Shown: positions 55,329 to 64,000 of the stretch, piece after piece
Layout: every line of letters starts with the position of its first letter
Numbering within the stretch: position 1 is the first letter of the stretch
DNA from: Deltaproteobacteria bacterium
GTDB taxonomy: Bacteria; Myxococcota_A; UBA9160; UBA4427
Assembly: GCA_016713665.1 (NCBI GenBank)
Contig: JADJOR010000005.1
Location: forward strand, 103,333-167,332
Reading direction: 5' to 3'
Length of the DNA stretch: 64,000 nucleotides
Program-made: the position numbers and the translations under genes
Notes under the pieces: model-generated
The model's input: only the letters and a program-made list of their open reading frames with translations
What the model was told of the DNA's origin: nothing
Database searches by the model: none

Positions 55329-55556
55329 ATGGTGAAACGCCTCGTCCGATCCGGAAACAGCCTCGCGCTCATCATCGACCGACCGCTTCTCGACGCAATG
55401 AGCATCGACGCGGAGACCGATCTCGAGGTCTCGACGGACGGTGACGTGCTCGTCATCACGCCCGTGCGCGATCGGAAGCGGACGAAGCGGGTCGCCGAGC
55501 TCGTCTCGGAGGCCCACGAGCACTACGGCGGTGTGTTCCGCCGACTCGCCGAGTGA
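55329..55556 (+). CDS. AbrB/MazE/SpoVT-type antitoxin (Phd-like partner of Doc)
   Basis: 75 aa from ATG 55329 (MVKRLVRSGNSLALIIDRPLLDAMSID...), the typical swapped-hairpin antitoxin N-terminus. Its stop overlaps the downstream GTG by 4 nt. Confidence 0.8.
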   Translation: MVKRLVRSGNSLALIIDRPLLDAMSIDAETDLEVSTDGDVLVITPVRDRKRTKRVAELVSEAHEHYGGVFRRLAE

Positions 55557-55947
55557 GCGATCCCGATTTCCTGACCCTCGACGAGGTCCTCCGGCCCCCC
55601 CCCGCCAAACCCGCCGGGCCGGGGGGCCGGGGGGGGTCCCCGGGCGGGCGCCCCCCGGGGGGGCGCGCCCCCCCCCGGGAGGGGCGCCCCGGGCCGCCTT
55701 TTCCCCCCCCCCGCCCGGGGGGGGGGGGCCCGGGCCCCCCCCCCCCGCCCCGAACCCACCCCTCCCCGGGGGGGGGGGGAGGGCCCCCCCCCCGGGGGGG
55801 GGGGGGGGCTCCCCCGCGCGGGAAATCGGTGTGAGGCTCCAGGCCGACCCCGACGCCCTCTACGACCTCGTCGACGGCATCGCGCGAAGCGAGGTCGACA
55901 AGTCCCAGGCCGCCGTGTTCCTGAAGAAGGCTTGCTTCGAACGCTGA
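55553..55947 (+). pseudogene. doc: Doc (death-on-curing, Fic-fold) toxin gene with its central two-thirds replaced by G/C low-complexity sequence and a frameshift
   Basis: N-terminus MSDPDFLTLDEVL and C-terminus EIGVRLQADPDALYDLVDGIARSEVDKSQAAVFLKKA are Doc-like but lie in different frames. The total span of 395 nt is close to an intact Doc of about 130 aa. No Fic motif is encoded. Confidence 0.65.
55591..55822. repeat. 232-nt G/C homopolymer-rich low-complexity tract (alternating C-runs and G-runs up to about 16 nt)
   Basis: Read directly. Almost no A/T and many runs of 8-16 C or G. Confidence 0.95.
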
Positions 55948-56008
55948 AAGAGCCGCGCGGGCACGGCCGACCGGATCCGATCGGTCGAGCTCGGCCCTTC
56001 CGGACCGC

Positions 56009-57811
56009 CTAGAGCTGAGCCACCTGCGCCACGCTCCCGTTGGTCGAGAGCCGGGTCGCGACGTACATGCCGTGCTCGGGCTCCGCATAGGAGAACGTCG
56101 ACGCGTCGGCGACCTCCCACGCCCGGGCGAAGCTCGCGGGCAGCGGCTCGCGCAGGAGCGCCCCGCGCTCGAGGTACTCGAAGATCTCGCCGTAGTGGCG
56201 CGTCTCGAGCTGGGAGACACGGCGCATGACGTGCCAGGGGCGGAGCTCCGAGGGCTTCGAGAGGCCGGCCGCGCTCATCAGGTCGACGGCGGCGCGCAGC
56301 GTCTCGCGGTGGTAGCGCGCGATGCGCTTCGCCTTCTCGTCGACGACGAGGCCGACGGTCAGGGCGGGGTTCTGGGTCGCGATGCCGACCGGACACTCGT
56401 TCGTGTTGCACTTGCGCGCCTGGATGCAGCCCATCGCGAGCATCATCGGGCGGGCGGCGTTGCAGGTGTCGGCGCCGAGGGCGAGGGTGCGCGCGAGGGT
56501 GAACCCGCTCGAGATCTTGCCGGAAGCGATGATGCGGATCTGATCGCGCAGGCCGATGCCGATCAGCGCGTTGTGGACGAAGGTCAGACCCTCGACCAGC
56601 GGCGTGCCGAGGCTGTTCGAGAATTCGAAGGGCGCGGCGCCGGTCCCGCCCTCGCCGCCGTCGACGGTGATGAAGTCGGGGACGATGCCCGTCTCGAGCA
56701 TGGCCTTGCAGACGGCGAGGAATTCGCGGCGCTTGCCGAGGCAGAGCTTGAAGCCGGTCGGCTTGCCGCCCGAGAGATCGCGCAGACGCGCCACGAACTC
56801 GAGCAGGCCGGCCGGCGTCGAGAAGGCGGTATGCGCGGGCGGGGAGTTCACGTCCTGGCCCATTACGACGCCGCGGATCTCGGCGATCTCGGGCGTGATC
56901 TTTCGGGCGGGCAGGATGCCGCCGTGGCCCGGCTTCGCGCCCTGCGAGATCTTGATCTCGATCATCTTGACTTCGTCGCGGCTCGCGCGCTCGACGAAGG
57001 AGATCGGATCGAAGCGGCCGTCCGGCGTGCGGCAGCCGAAATAGCCCGTGCCGACCTGCCAGACGAGATCGCCGCCCTGGAGATGCGCGGGAGAGATCGA
57101 GCCCTCCCCCGTGTTGTGGGCGAAGCCGCCGTCCCGGGCGGCGCGGTTCAGCGCCATGATCGCGTTCGAGGAGAGCGCCCCGTAGCTCATGGCCGAGACG
57201 TTGAAGATCGAGGCCGAGTAGGGCTTGGCGCAGCGTCCCTGGCCGAACCAGACCCGCGGCTCGTGCTCCTCCGGCGCGACGGGCGCCATCGAATGATTGA
57301 TCCACTCGTAGCCGGTCTCGTAGACGTCGCGCTGGGTGCCGAAGGGGAGCGAGTCGACGGCGCCCTTCGCGCGCTGATAGATCAGCGAGCGCTCCTCGCG
57401 GTTGAAGGGGCGGCCCTCGATGTTGTTCTCGATGAAGTACTGCTGGATCTCCGGGCGGATCATCTCGAGCAGATAGCGGGCGTGGCCGATCACGGGGAAG
57501 TTGCGCCTGATCGCCTGCTTCGTCTGGAGCATGTCGACGATGCCGAGCAGCACGATCGGGCCGACGAGCAGCATCCCGTACCACGCGGCGGGCCAGACGT
57601 AGCTCAGGCCCGCGATCGCCGAGATCGCGAAGGCCGCCGTCGTCCCGAAGATCACCCGCGCCGAGACCCCACCGCTCGAGATGCGCCGGATCGAGAGGAT
57701 CGCGAGCGGTCCGACCACCAGGAACGCGAAGAGCGCCGGCGGCCACTCGAGGCCCAGGGCGACCAGGCTCGAGAGGACGATGATGTTCAGGGTGATCAGG
57801 ATCGCGTTCAT
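56009..57811 (-). CDS. FMN-binding glutamate synthase-family protein with N-terminal transmembrane region
   Basis: 600-aa ORF. About 4 hydrophobic helices at the N-terminus and a GltB-domain-2-like core with the GGEGGTGAAP motif. Confidence 0.85.
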   Translation of the reverse strand: MNAILITLNIIVLSSLVALGLEWPPALFAFLVVGPLAILSIRRISSGGVSARVIFGTTAAFAISAIAGLSYVWPAAWYGMLLVGPIVLLGIVDMLQTKQAIRRNFPVIGHARYLLEMIRPEIQQYFIENNIEGRPFNREERSLIYQRAKGAVDSLPFGTQRDVYETGYEWINHSMAPVAPEEHEPRVWFGQGRCAKPYSASIFNVSAMSYGALSSNAIMALNRAARDGGFAHNTGEGSISPAHLQGGDLVWQVGTGYFGCRTPDGRFDPISFVERASRDEVKMIEIKISQGAKPGHGGILPARKITPEIAEIRGVVMGQDVNSPPAHTAFSTPAGLLEFVARLRDLSGGKPTGFKLCLGKRREFLAVCKAMLETGIVPDFITVDGGEGGTGAAPFEFSNSLGTPLVEGLTFVHNALIGIGLRDQIRIIASGKISSGFTLARTLALGADTCNAARPMMLAMGCIQARKCNTNECPVGIATQNPALTVGLVVDEKAKRIARYHRETLRAAVDLMSAAGLSKPSELRPWHVMRRVSQLETRHYGEIFEYLERGALLREPLPASFARAWEVADASTFSYAEPEHGMYVATRLSTNGSVAQVAQL

Positions 57812-57944
57812 TCAGGCTCCCTCGCGGGCCCGGGTCTTGCCGGGCGCCCGGCACGCACATCGGCCGGATCGACCGCCCGTCCCACATCCTTCTCGCCCGC
57901 TCGGGCAAGGGCCTGAAGCGCCGTCGGGGTTAAGCCCGTCGCGA

Positions 57945-58817
57945 TCACCCGAGCCGGTGCTCCTTCGCCGTGTCCTCGAGGAAGCGCAGCACCGCGTCCT
58001 CGGCGCTCTTCTCCCGCTGGCCCGCCATGTCGCCGAACCCGCGCATCAGGACGACCCGATCGACGCCGAGGTCCTCGTACCGCTTCGCCGTATCCGAGTC
58101 GATCGGACCGGGCGGGGTCACCGAAATCTCGAGCTTCCCGAGCGAAGCCGGCCGCTCGACCCGCCGGGCCGTCTCGCGCAGCCCCTCGATCATCTTCGCC
58201 GTGTTCGCGACGTCGAGGAAGAAGCCGTACCAGCCGTTGCCCTGGGTGACCGCCCGGCGCAGGGCCGGCGCCGACATGCCGCCGACGTGGATCGGCGGAT
58301 GGGGCTTCTGGACCGGAAAGGGTCGGGCCTGGATGCCCGAGAAATTCGTGAACCTCCCGGCGAAGGCCGGCTTCTCGCTGGTCCAGAGGGTGCGCAGGAC
58401 CTCGATGTGCTCCGAGGCCCGCGGCCCGCGCTCGTCGAAGGGAATCCCGAGCGCGTCGAACTCGCCTTTCACGTAGCCGACCCCGACGCCGACCAGCAGC
58501 CGCCCCTTCGACAGGACGTCGATCCCCGCGAGTTCCTTCGCCAGCACGATCGGATCGCGCTGGGCGATCAGGATGATCCCGGAGCCCAGCTTGATGCGCG
58601 TCGTCCTGGCCGCCGCGAACGCGAGGCTCGCGATCGTGTCGACGAAGGTCGAATGCGGGGGCACCGGCGACGGCGGCACCTGCGGATCGACCAGCACGAC
58701 GTGCTCGCCCGTCCAGATCGACTCGAAATTCAGCTGCTCCGCCGCCACGACGAGGCGCCCGATCGCGTCCGGATGATTGAAGGTCCCGACGTTGAGGCCG
58801 AAATAACCGAATTTCAT
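57945..58817 (-). CDS. LLM-class (luciferase-like) flavin/F420-dependent oxidoreductase
   Basis: 290 aa from ATG 58815-58817 (MKFGYFGLNVGTFNHPD...). GRLLVGVGVGY pattern. Trimmed from the 970-aa track ORF. Confidence 0.85.
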   Translation of the reverse strand: MKFGYFGLNVGTFNHPDAIGRLVVAAEQLNFESIWTGEHVVLVDPQVPPSPVPPHSTFVDTIASLAFAAARTTRIKLGSGIILIAQRDPIVLAKELAGIDVLSKGRLLVGVGVGYVKGEFDALGIPFDERGPRASEHIEVLRTLWTSEKPAFAGRFTNFSGIQARPFPVQKPHPPIHVGGMSAPALRRAVTQGNGWYGFFLDVANTAKMIEGLRETARRVERPASLGKLEISVTPPGPIDSDTAKRYEDLGVDRVVLMRGFGDMAGQREKSAEDAVLRFLEDTAKEHRLG

Positions 58818-58852
58818 CGCAGCACTCCCTCGACTCGCGGCCCGTCGACCGA

Positions 58853-59881
58853 TCAACCCATCAACACGTCGGCCGTCAGCTCGAGGGCCTCGGGCGTCGA
58901 CGCGTGCACGAGCAGCGTGCTCGCGCGGCTCGCCTTCCAGGCCGCGAGCCGATCGCGGATCCGCTCCTTGGGACCGACGAGCGCGATGTCGTCGATGAAC
59001 GCGTTCGGCACCGCCGCGATCGCCTCGCCGCGCTTCCCCTCGAAGAAGAGGTCCTGGATCTTCTGGGCCTCGGCCGGGTAGCCCATGCGACCCATCAGCT
59101 CCTTGTGGAAGTTGCGGTCCTTGGCGCCCATGCCGCCGACGTAGAACCCGAGCGCGGGCCGGATCGCTTCGTAGGCCTTCTGGACGTCGTCGGTGATGTG
59201 GACCGTGACCGGGACGACGATGTCGAAATCGGGCTTGGCGTGAGCCAGCGAGTCCGCGTAGACCTCTTCGCGGGTCGGCGCATACCAGAGCGGGATCCAG
59301 CCGTCGCAGATCTCGGCGGCGAGCGCGACGTTCTTCGGGCCCTCGGCGCCGAGGTAGATCGGGAGATCGGAGCGCAGGGCGTGGGTGATCGGCTTGAGCG
59401 GCTTGCCCATGCCCCAGGCGCCTTCGCCGAAATACGGCAGCGGATAATGCGGGCCGTCGTTCTTGACCGGCTGATCCCGGCGCAGGACCTGGCGGATGAT
59501 GTCGACGTATTCGCGCGTGCGGGCGAGGGGCTTGTCGAAGGGGCGGCCGTACCAGCCTTCGACGACCTGCGGACCGGAGACGCCGAGGCCCAGGATCACG
59601 CGGCCCTTCGTCAGATGGTCGAGGGTGAGCGCGTGCATCGCCGTCGAGGTCGGCGTCCGCGCGGAGATCTGCACGATCGAGGTCCCGAGCTTGATCGTCT
59701 TGGTGTGGGCCCCGATCCAGGTCAGCGGCGTGAAGGCATCCGAGCCCCAGGCCTCGGCGGTCCAGACGGAGTGGAAGCCCAGGCGCTCGGCGGTCTGGGC
59801 GATCTCGACGAAGTTCGGATGGGGCTGGGCTCCCCAGTAGCCGAACATGACACCGAAGCGAAGCGAGGGGGTGGCGCTCAA
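58853..59881 (-). CDS. LLM-class (luciferase-like) flavin/F420-dependent oxidoreductase
   Basis: 342 aa from TTG 59879-59881 (SD aggag 7 nt upstream), giving the N-terminus (M)SATPSLRFGVMFGYWG typical of this family. GRVILGLGVSGPQVVEGW. Confidence 0.85.
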   Translation of the reverse strand: MSATPSLRFGVMFGYWGAQPHPNFVEIAQTAERLGFHSVWTAEAWGSDAFTPLTWIGAHTKTIKLGTSIVQISARTPTSTAMHALTLDHLTKGRVILGLGVSGPQVVEGWYGRPFDKPLARTREYVDIIRQVLRRDQPVKNDGPHYPLPYFGEGAWGMGKPLKPITHALRSDLPIYLGAEGPKNVALAAEICDGWIPLWYAPTREEVYADSLAHAKPDFDIVVPVTVHITDDVQKAYEAIRPALGFYVGGMGAKDRNFHKELMGRMGYPAEAQKIQDLFFEGKRGEAIAAVPNAFIDDIALVGPKERIRDRLAAWKASRASTLLVHASTPEALELTADVLMG

Positions 59882-60062
59882 GGGGGGACTCCTGTGGGAT
59901 CGAGGGCGGCGGGAGCATAGCCGCGCCCCGGGTCCCGGGCCGCCATGGCCACGCGACGCGGCCCGTCCGATGCCGGACGGCCGCGTCCGGGACCGGGCCA
60001 TGTCCATCCGCCGCGAGGCCGAGCGGCCCGACCCCCGCGGACGCGCTGGCTAGCGTGATCCG

Positions 60063-60605
60063 ATGAACGAGCGCATCGCCCGACTCCTCGACCAGCAAGA
60101 GATCGAGCGCGTGATCCACGACTATTGCCGCGGGATCGACCGCCGCGACCTCGCCCTCGTCCGGTCCTGCTACCACGACGACGCGACCGACCACCACGGC
60201 AGCTTCTTCGGCACCGCCGACGAGTACGTCGTCTGGGTCGACAAGCTCCTCGCCCGCTATCGCTTCACGACCCACGCGCTCAATCAGGTCACGGTCGAGT
60301 TCGGCCCCGACCCCGACCGGGCCGCCGTCGAGACCTACGGCATCTCGGTCCATCGCGGCGACCCCGCGAAGCCTCATCAGAATCTCGCCACCGCCTTCCG
60401 CTACCTCGACCGCTTCGAGCGGCGCGCAGGCCGCTTCAAGATCGCGAGCCGGGTCGCGATCGGAGAGTGGTCGCTGCGGCTGCCGGAGACGGCCTGGTGG
60501 GACATCCCGGAGAGCCACGTCGCGAGCCGGCGCGACGCGACGGACCCGATCTATGCGCTGCTCGCGTCGGTCGGGATCGACGGCGCGCGCCGGGACGAGC
60601 GATAG
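60063..60605 (+). CDS. NTF2 family (SnoaL_4-like) protein
   Basis: 180-aa ORF. Pattern LLDQQEIERVIHDYCRGIDRRDLALVRSCYHDDA ... YLDRFERRAGRFKI. Confidence 0.75.
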   Translation: MNERIARLLDQQEIERVIHDYCRGIDRRDLALVRSCYHDDATDHHGSFFGTADEYVVWVDKLLARYRFTTHALNQVTVEFGPDPDRAAVETYGISVHRGDPAKPHQNLATAFRYLDRFERRAGRFKIASRVAIGEWSLRLPETAWWDIPESHVASRRDATDPIYALLASVGIDGARRDER

Positions 60606-60619
60606 AAAGAGGAACGAAA

Positions 60620-61459
60620 ATGCAGCTCGCGACGTTGTCGATCGAGAAGCGGGGAGCGATCGGGCGGATCCTGCTCGCGCGACCCGAGAAGAAGAACGCG
60701 ATGGACCCGCGCATGGCGCGGGAGCTCGCGGACGTGCTCGACGACTTCGAAGCCGACCCCGAGGTCCGCACGGTCCTGATCCGCGGCGCCGGGGGGAACT
60801 TCTGCTCCGGCGGCGACCTCGCCCCCGACCGCGGCCGCGACGCGAGCGAGACGGCATCGAAGCCGGCGCCGACGCCTCCGCGGCGCCCGGGCTCGCCCGC
60901 CTCGTCGACCCTCGACGTCATGAACCGCGTCTACGGCCGCGCGATCCGCGCGCTGCATCAGCATCCCAAGCCCGTCGTCGCCCTCGTCGAGGGCGTCGCC
61001 GCGGGGGCCGGTGCGAATCTCGCCTTCGCCTGCGATCTCGTCTACGCGACGCCCGAGGCGCGCTTCTGCGAGATCTTCGTGCGGCGCGGGCTGTCGCTCG
61101 ATTGCGGGGGCTCGTGGCTGCTCCCGCGGCTCGTCGGCATGCAGCGCGCGAAGGAGCTCGCGTTCTTCGGCGACTGGATTCCGGCGGCGACGGCGCGGGA
61201 GTACGGGCTCGTGAACGCGATCTTCGAAGCGAGCGCGATCGAGGCCGCGGTCGACGAGAAGCTCGCGGCGCTCGCCGAGCGCCCGCCGATCGCGCTGGCC
61301 CAGATCAAGCAGAGCCTCCACCGCGCGAGCAGCCTCTCGATGACCGAGGCTCTCGAGCTCGAGGCCGTCGCCCAGGCCGCGTGCACCGCGACCGAGGACA
61401 CCGCCGAGGGCATGCGTGCGTTCCTCGAGAAGAGGCCGCCCCGCTTCACCGGCCGCTAG
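60620..61459 (+). CDS. Enoyl-CoA hydratase/isomerase (crotonase) family protein
   Basis: 279 aa from ATG 60620 (SD aagagga upstream). Crotonase motifs RGAGGNFCSGGDL and VEGVAAGAGANLAFACD. An unusual Pro/Ser-rich insertion of about 35 aa follows the first motif. Confidence 0.88.
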   Translation: MQLATLSIEKRGAIGRILLARPEKKNAMDPRMARELADVLDDFEADPEVRTVLIRGAGGNFCSGGDLAPDRGRDASETASKPAPTPPRRPGSPASSTLDVMNRVYGRAIRALHQHPKPVVALVEGVAAGAGANLAFACDLVYATPEARFCEIFVRRGLSLDCGGSWLLPRLVGMQRAKELAFFGDWIPAATAREYGLVNAIFEASAIEAAVDEKLAALAERPPIALAQIKQSLHRASSLSMTEALELEAVAQAACTATEDTAEGMRAFLEKRPPRFTGR

Positions 61460-61490
61460 GTGTGTCTTTCGAATCGCGGAGCGGAGACGC

Positions 61491-62307
<817 letters not shown>

Positions 62308-62441
62308 GAATCACTCCCTGGAGTTCGACGGCCCTATCGGCCCCGTCCTCCCGAGAGGCGAGTAGGGCAAACCACGCTGGCCCACAAATAATCAAAAATG
62401 GTGTTTTCTCCCGACCGCAGGAGCCGGAGTATCGTCCACCC

Positions 62442-63596
62442 GTGGACGACACCCTCTCGAACGCGAGGTCGGCGACGGCGCCCGCCGACGCGACGAGCGG
62501 GCACGTGCTCCGGCCCGACGAGGCCCTGCTCGAGCGCGGCTTCGTCTTCGGCGAAGACCGCCCCTTCGCCCAATGTCATGCCTCGACCCTCGTCGAGACG
62601 CGGGATGGCCGGCTCGTCGTCGCCTTCTTCGCGGGTCCCTACGAAGGCCACCCCGACGTCGCGATCTGGACCGCGGAGGGTCGGGTCGACGGATCGAGCG
62701 GATCGAGCGGTGCACCCCCGAAAGCGGCGCACGGGTCCACGGTCTTCGCGCCGCCCCGGCGCGCCGTGAAGGTCCGCGACGTCGCTCACTGGAACCCGGT
62801 CCTCTACCGGCTCGACGGCGCGCACGCGGGCGACGACGTGCTCGCCCTCCAGTTCAAGGTCGGCGATCGGATCCGGACCTGGGAGACCTGGATCGCGCGG
62901 TCCTTCGACGGCGGTCGACGTTTCGAGGGCGCGATGCCGCTCGTGCCGGGAGATCGCGGCGGACGGGGGGCGGTGCGCAACAAGCCGATCCGGCTGGCGT
63001 CGGGCGATTGGCTGGCGGGCGCGTCGATCGAGGCCTGGCGTCGCTGGGACGCGTTCTTCGACCGCAGCCCCGACGGCGTCGGCGGCTGGATCGCGACGAA
63101 GCGGATCGACCTGGATCGCGCGCGCTTTCGCGGCAAGGGTCTGATCCAGCCCGCGCTCTGGGAGTCGAAGCCGGGCCATGTCCACGCCCTCTTCCGCACG
63201 ACGGACGGACGGATCCACCAGAGCGACTCCGACGACGACGGACGCCGCTGGTCGAGGGCGCGGCCGACGCGCGTGCCCAACAACAACAGCGCCCTCGACC
63301 TCGCACGCCTCGACGACGGAACGCTCGCCCTCGCCTGCAATCCGGTCCCTGGCAACTGGGCCGCGCGCACGCCGCTCTCGCTCCTCTTCTCCCGCGACGA
63401 AGGCGAGACCTGGCCCTTCCGCCTCGACGTCGAGACCGGCCCCGGCGAGTTCTCCTACCCCGCCGTCGTCGCCTCGGGCGGGGGGCTCGCCCTCTGCTAC
63501 ACCTGGAATCGCCGCCGCATCGCGTTCGTGCGCATCCCATCGGCCCGCGGCCTGCTCGAGACGGGGACTGCGCCGGCGGCGGGCGGTGCCCCCTGA
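62442..63596 (+). CDS. BNR/Asp-box repeat protein, exo-alpha-sialidase (neuraminidase)-like
   Basis: 384-aa ORF (GTG start). Three Asp-box-like motifs (SFDGGRRF, SDDDGRRW, SRDEGETW). No obvious signal peptide. Confidence 0.7.
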   Translation: MDDTLSNARSATAPADATSGHVLRPDEALLERGFVFGEDRPFAQCHASTLVETRDGRLVVAFFAGPYEGHPDVAIWTAEGRVDGSSGSSGAPPKAAHGSTVFAPPRRAVKVRDVAHWNPVLYRLDGAHAGDDVLALQFKVGDRIRTWETWIARSFDGGRRFEGAMPLVPGDRGGRGAVRNKPIRLASGDWLAGASIEAWRRWDAFFDRSPDGVGGWIATKRIDLDRARFRGKGLIQPALWESKPGHVHALFRTTDGRIHQSDSDDDGRRWSRARPTRVPNNNSALDLARLDDGTLALACNPVPGNWAARTPLSLLFSRDEGETWPFRLDVETGPGEFSYPAVVASGGGLALCYTWNRRRIAFVRIPSARGLLETGTAPAAGGAP

Positions 63597-63639
63597 CGGC
63601 CAGCGCGACGAGAACCCCGAGAGCGACAGGAGCCCCAGC

Positions 63640-64000
63640 ATGACGAGAAAATTCGGAGCCGAATCGACCGCCGAGGAAGTCGCCCGCGACATCGATCTCA
63701 CGGGCAGGACGATCGTCGTGACGGGCGTCTCCGCCGGGCTCGGCGTCGAGACGGCGCGCGTGCTCGCCGCGCGCGGGGCCCGGGTCGTCTGTGTCGCGCG
63801 GGACAAGGCGAAGACGGAGGCCGCGGTCGCCGGGCTGCGCAGCGGCAATCCGAAAGGAGCCTTCGAGATCGCGCTGCTCGACCTCGCGGACCTCGACTCC
63901 GTCCGCCGCGGGGCCGACGACATCGCGCGCCGCTTCCCGAAGATCCACATCCTGATCAACAACGCGGGCGTCATGGCCTGCCCGCTCGGCCGGACGAAGC
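63640..64000 (+). CDS. SDR family oxidoreductase (3'-truncated by window end)
   Basis: ATG 63640 with SD aggag upstream. IVVTGVSAGLGVETA and NNAG motifs. The ORF runs off the window. Confidence 0.8.
   Translation, partial: MTRKFGAESTAEEVARDIDLTGRTIVVTGVSAGLGVETARVLAARGARVVCVARDKAKTEAAVAGLRSGNPKGAFEIALLDLADLDSVRRGADDIARRFPKIHILINNAGVMACPLGRTK

Noticed and set aside
55591-55822. G/C tracts as genuine Pro/Gly-rich coding linkers or dedicated G-quadruplex regulatory elements
   Set aside because: In doc the tract replaces the conserved catalytic core rather than a linker. In both doc and pilZ the frames are broken. An artefact or inactivating expansion is more likely, so this is kept as a finding to be checked rather than called as a feature with function.

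Overview
High-GC (by eye about 68-72 %) bacterial chromosomal window, densely coding on both strands, with about 55 protein genes once high-GC shadow ORFs are trimmed. Redox and CoA-linked catabolic enzymes dominate. These include four luciferase-like (LLM) flavin/F420-type oxidoreductases, one deazaflavin-dependent nitroreductase-family protein, and five NTF2/SnoaL/limonene-epoxide-hydrolase-like proteins. There are also two flavin monooxygenases (Baeyer-Villiger/EthA type), a cytochrome P450, a KstD-like flavoprotein, epoxide-hydrolase and esterase-type hydrolases, and five SDRs. CoA-linked enzymes are two acyl-CoA dehydrogenases, an acyl-CoA synthetase, an enoyl-CoA hydratase and a tandem-fused family III CoA-transferase. 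Overall it looks like a lipid/terpenoid/steroid-type degradation neighbourhood. Interspersed genes include NDH-2, a DEAD-box helicase, an ABC-F ATPase, a Sul-like dihydropteroate synthase and bfd with a Fur-box-like site. Also present are an NrfH-type tetraheme cytochrome directly upstream of the P450, a phd/doc-type toxin-antitoxin pair, a YcgR-like PilZ protein, and two PEP-CTERM proteins, one of 1382 aa with 14 FG-GAP repeats. I found no rRNA, tRNA, CRISPR array, transposase or integrase. Anomalies worth follow-up: (1) a 2.3-kb low-GC, ORF-poor island (5092-7423); (2) four G/C-only homopolymer-rich tracts, two of which destroy conserved genes (doc, pilZ); (3) short tandem repeats at gene junctions, one forming a relay of three ATGA-overlapping 5-codon mini-ORFs; (4) an apparent 1-nt frameshift in doxX; (5) an NTF2 gene without a canonical start codon. 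All functional calls come from motif and family recognition by eye. No searches were run.
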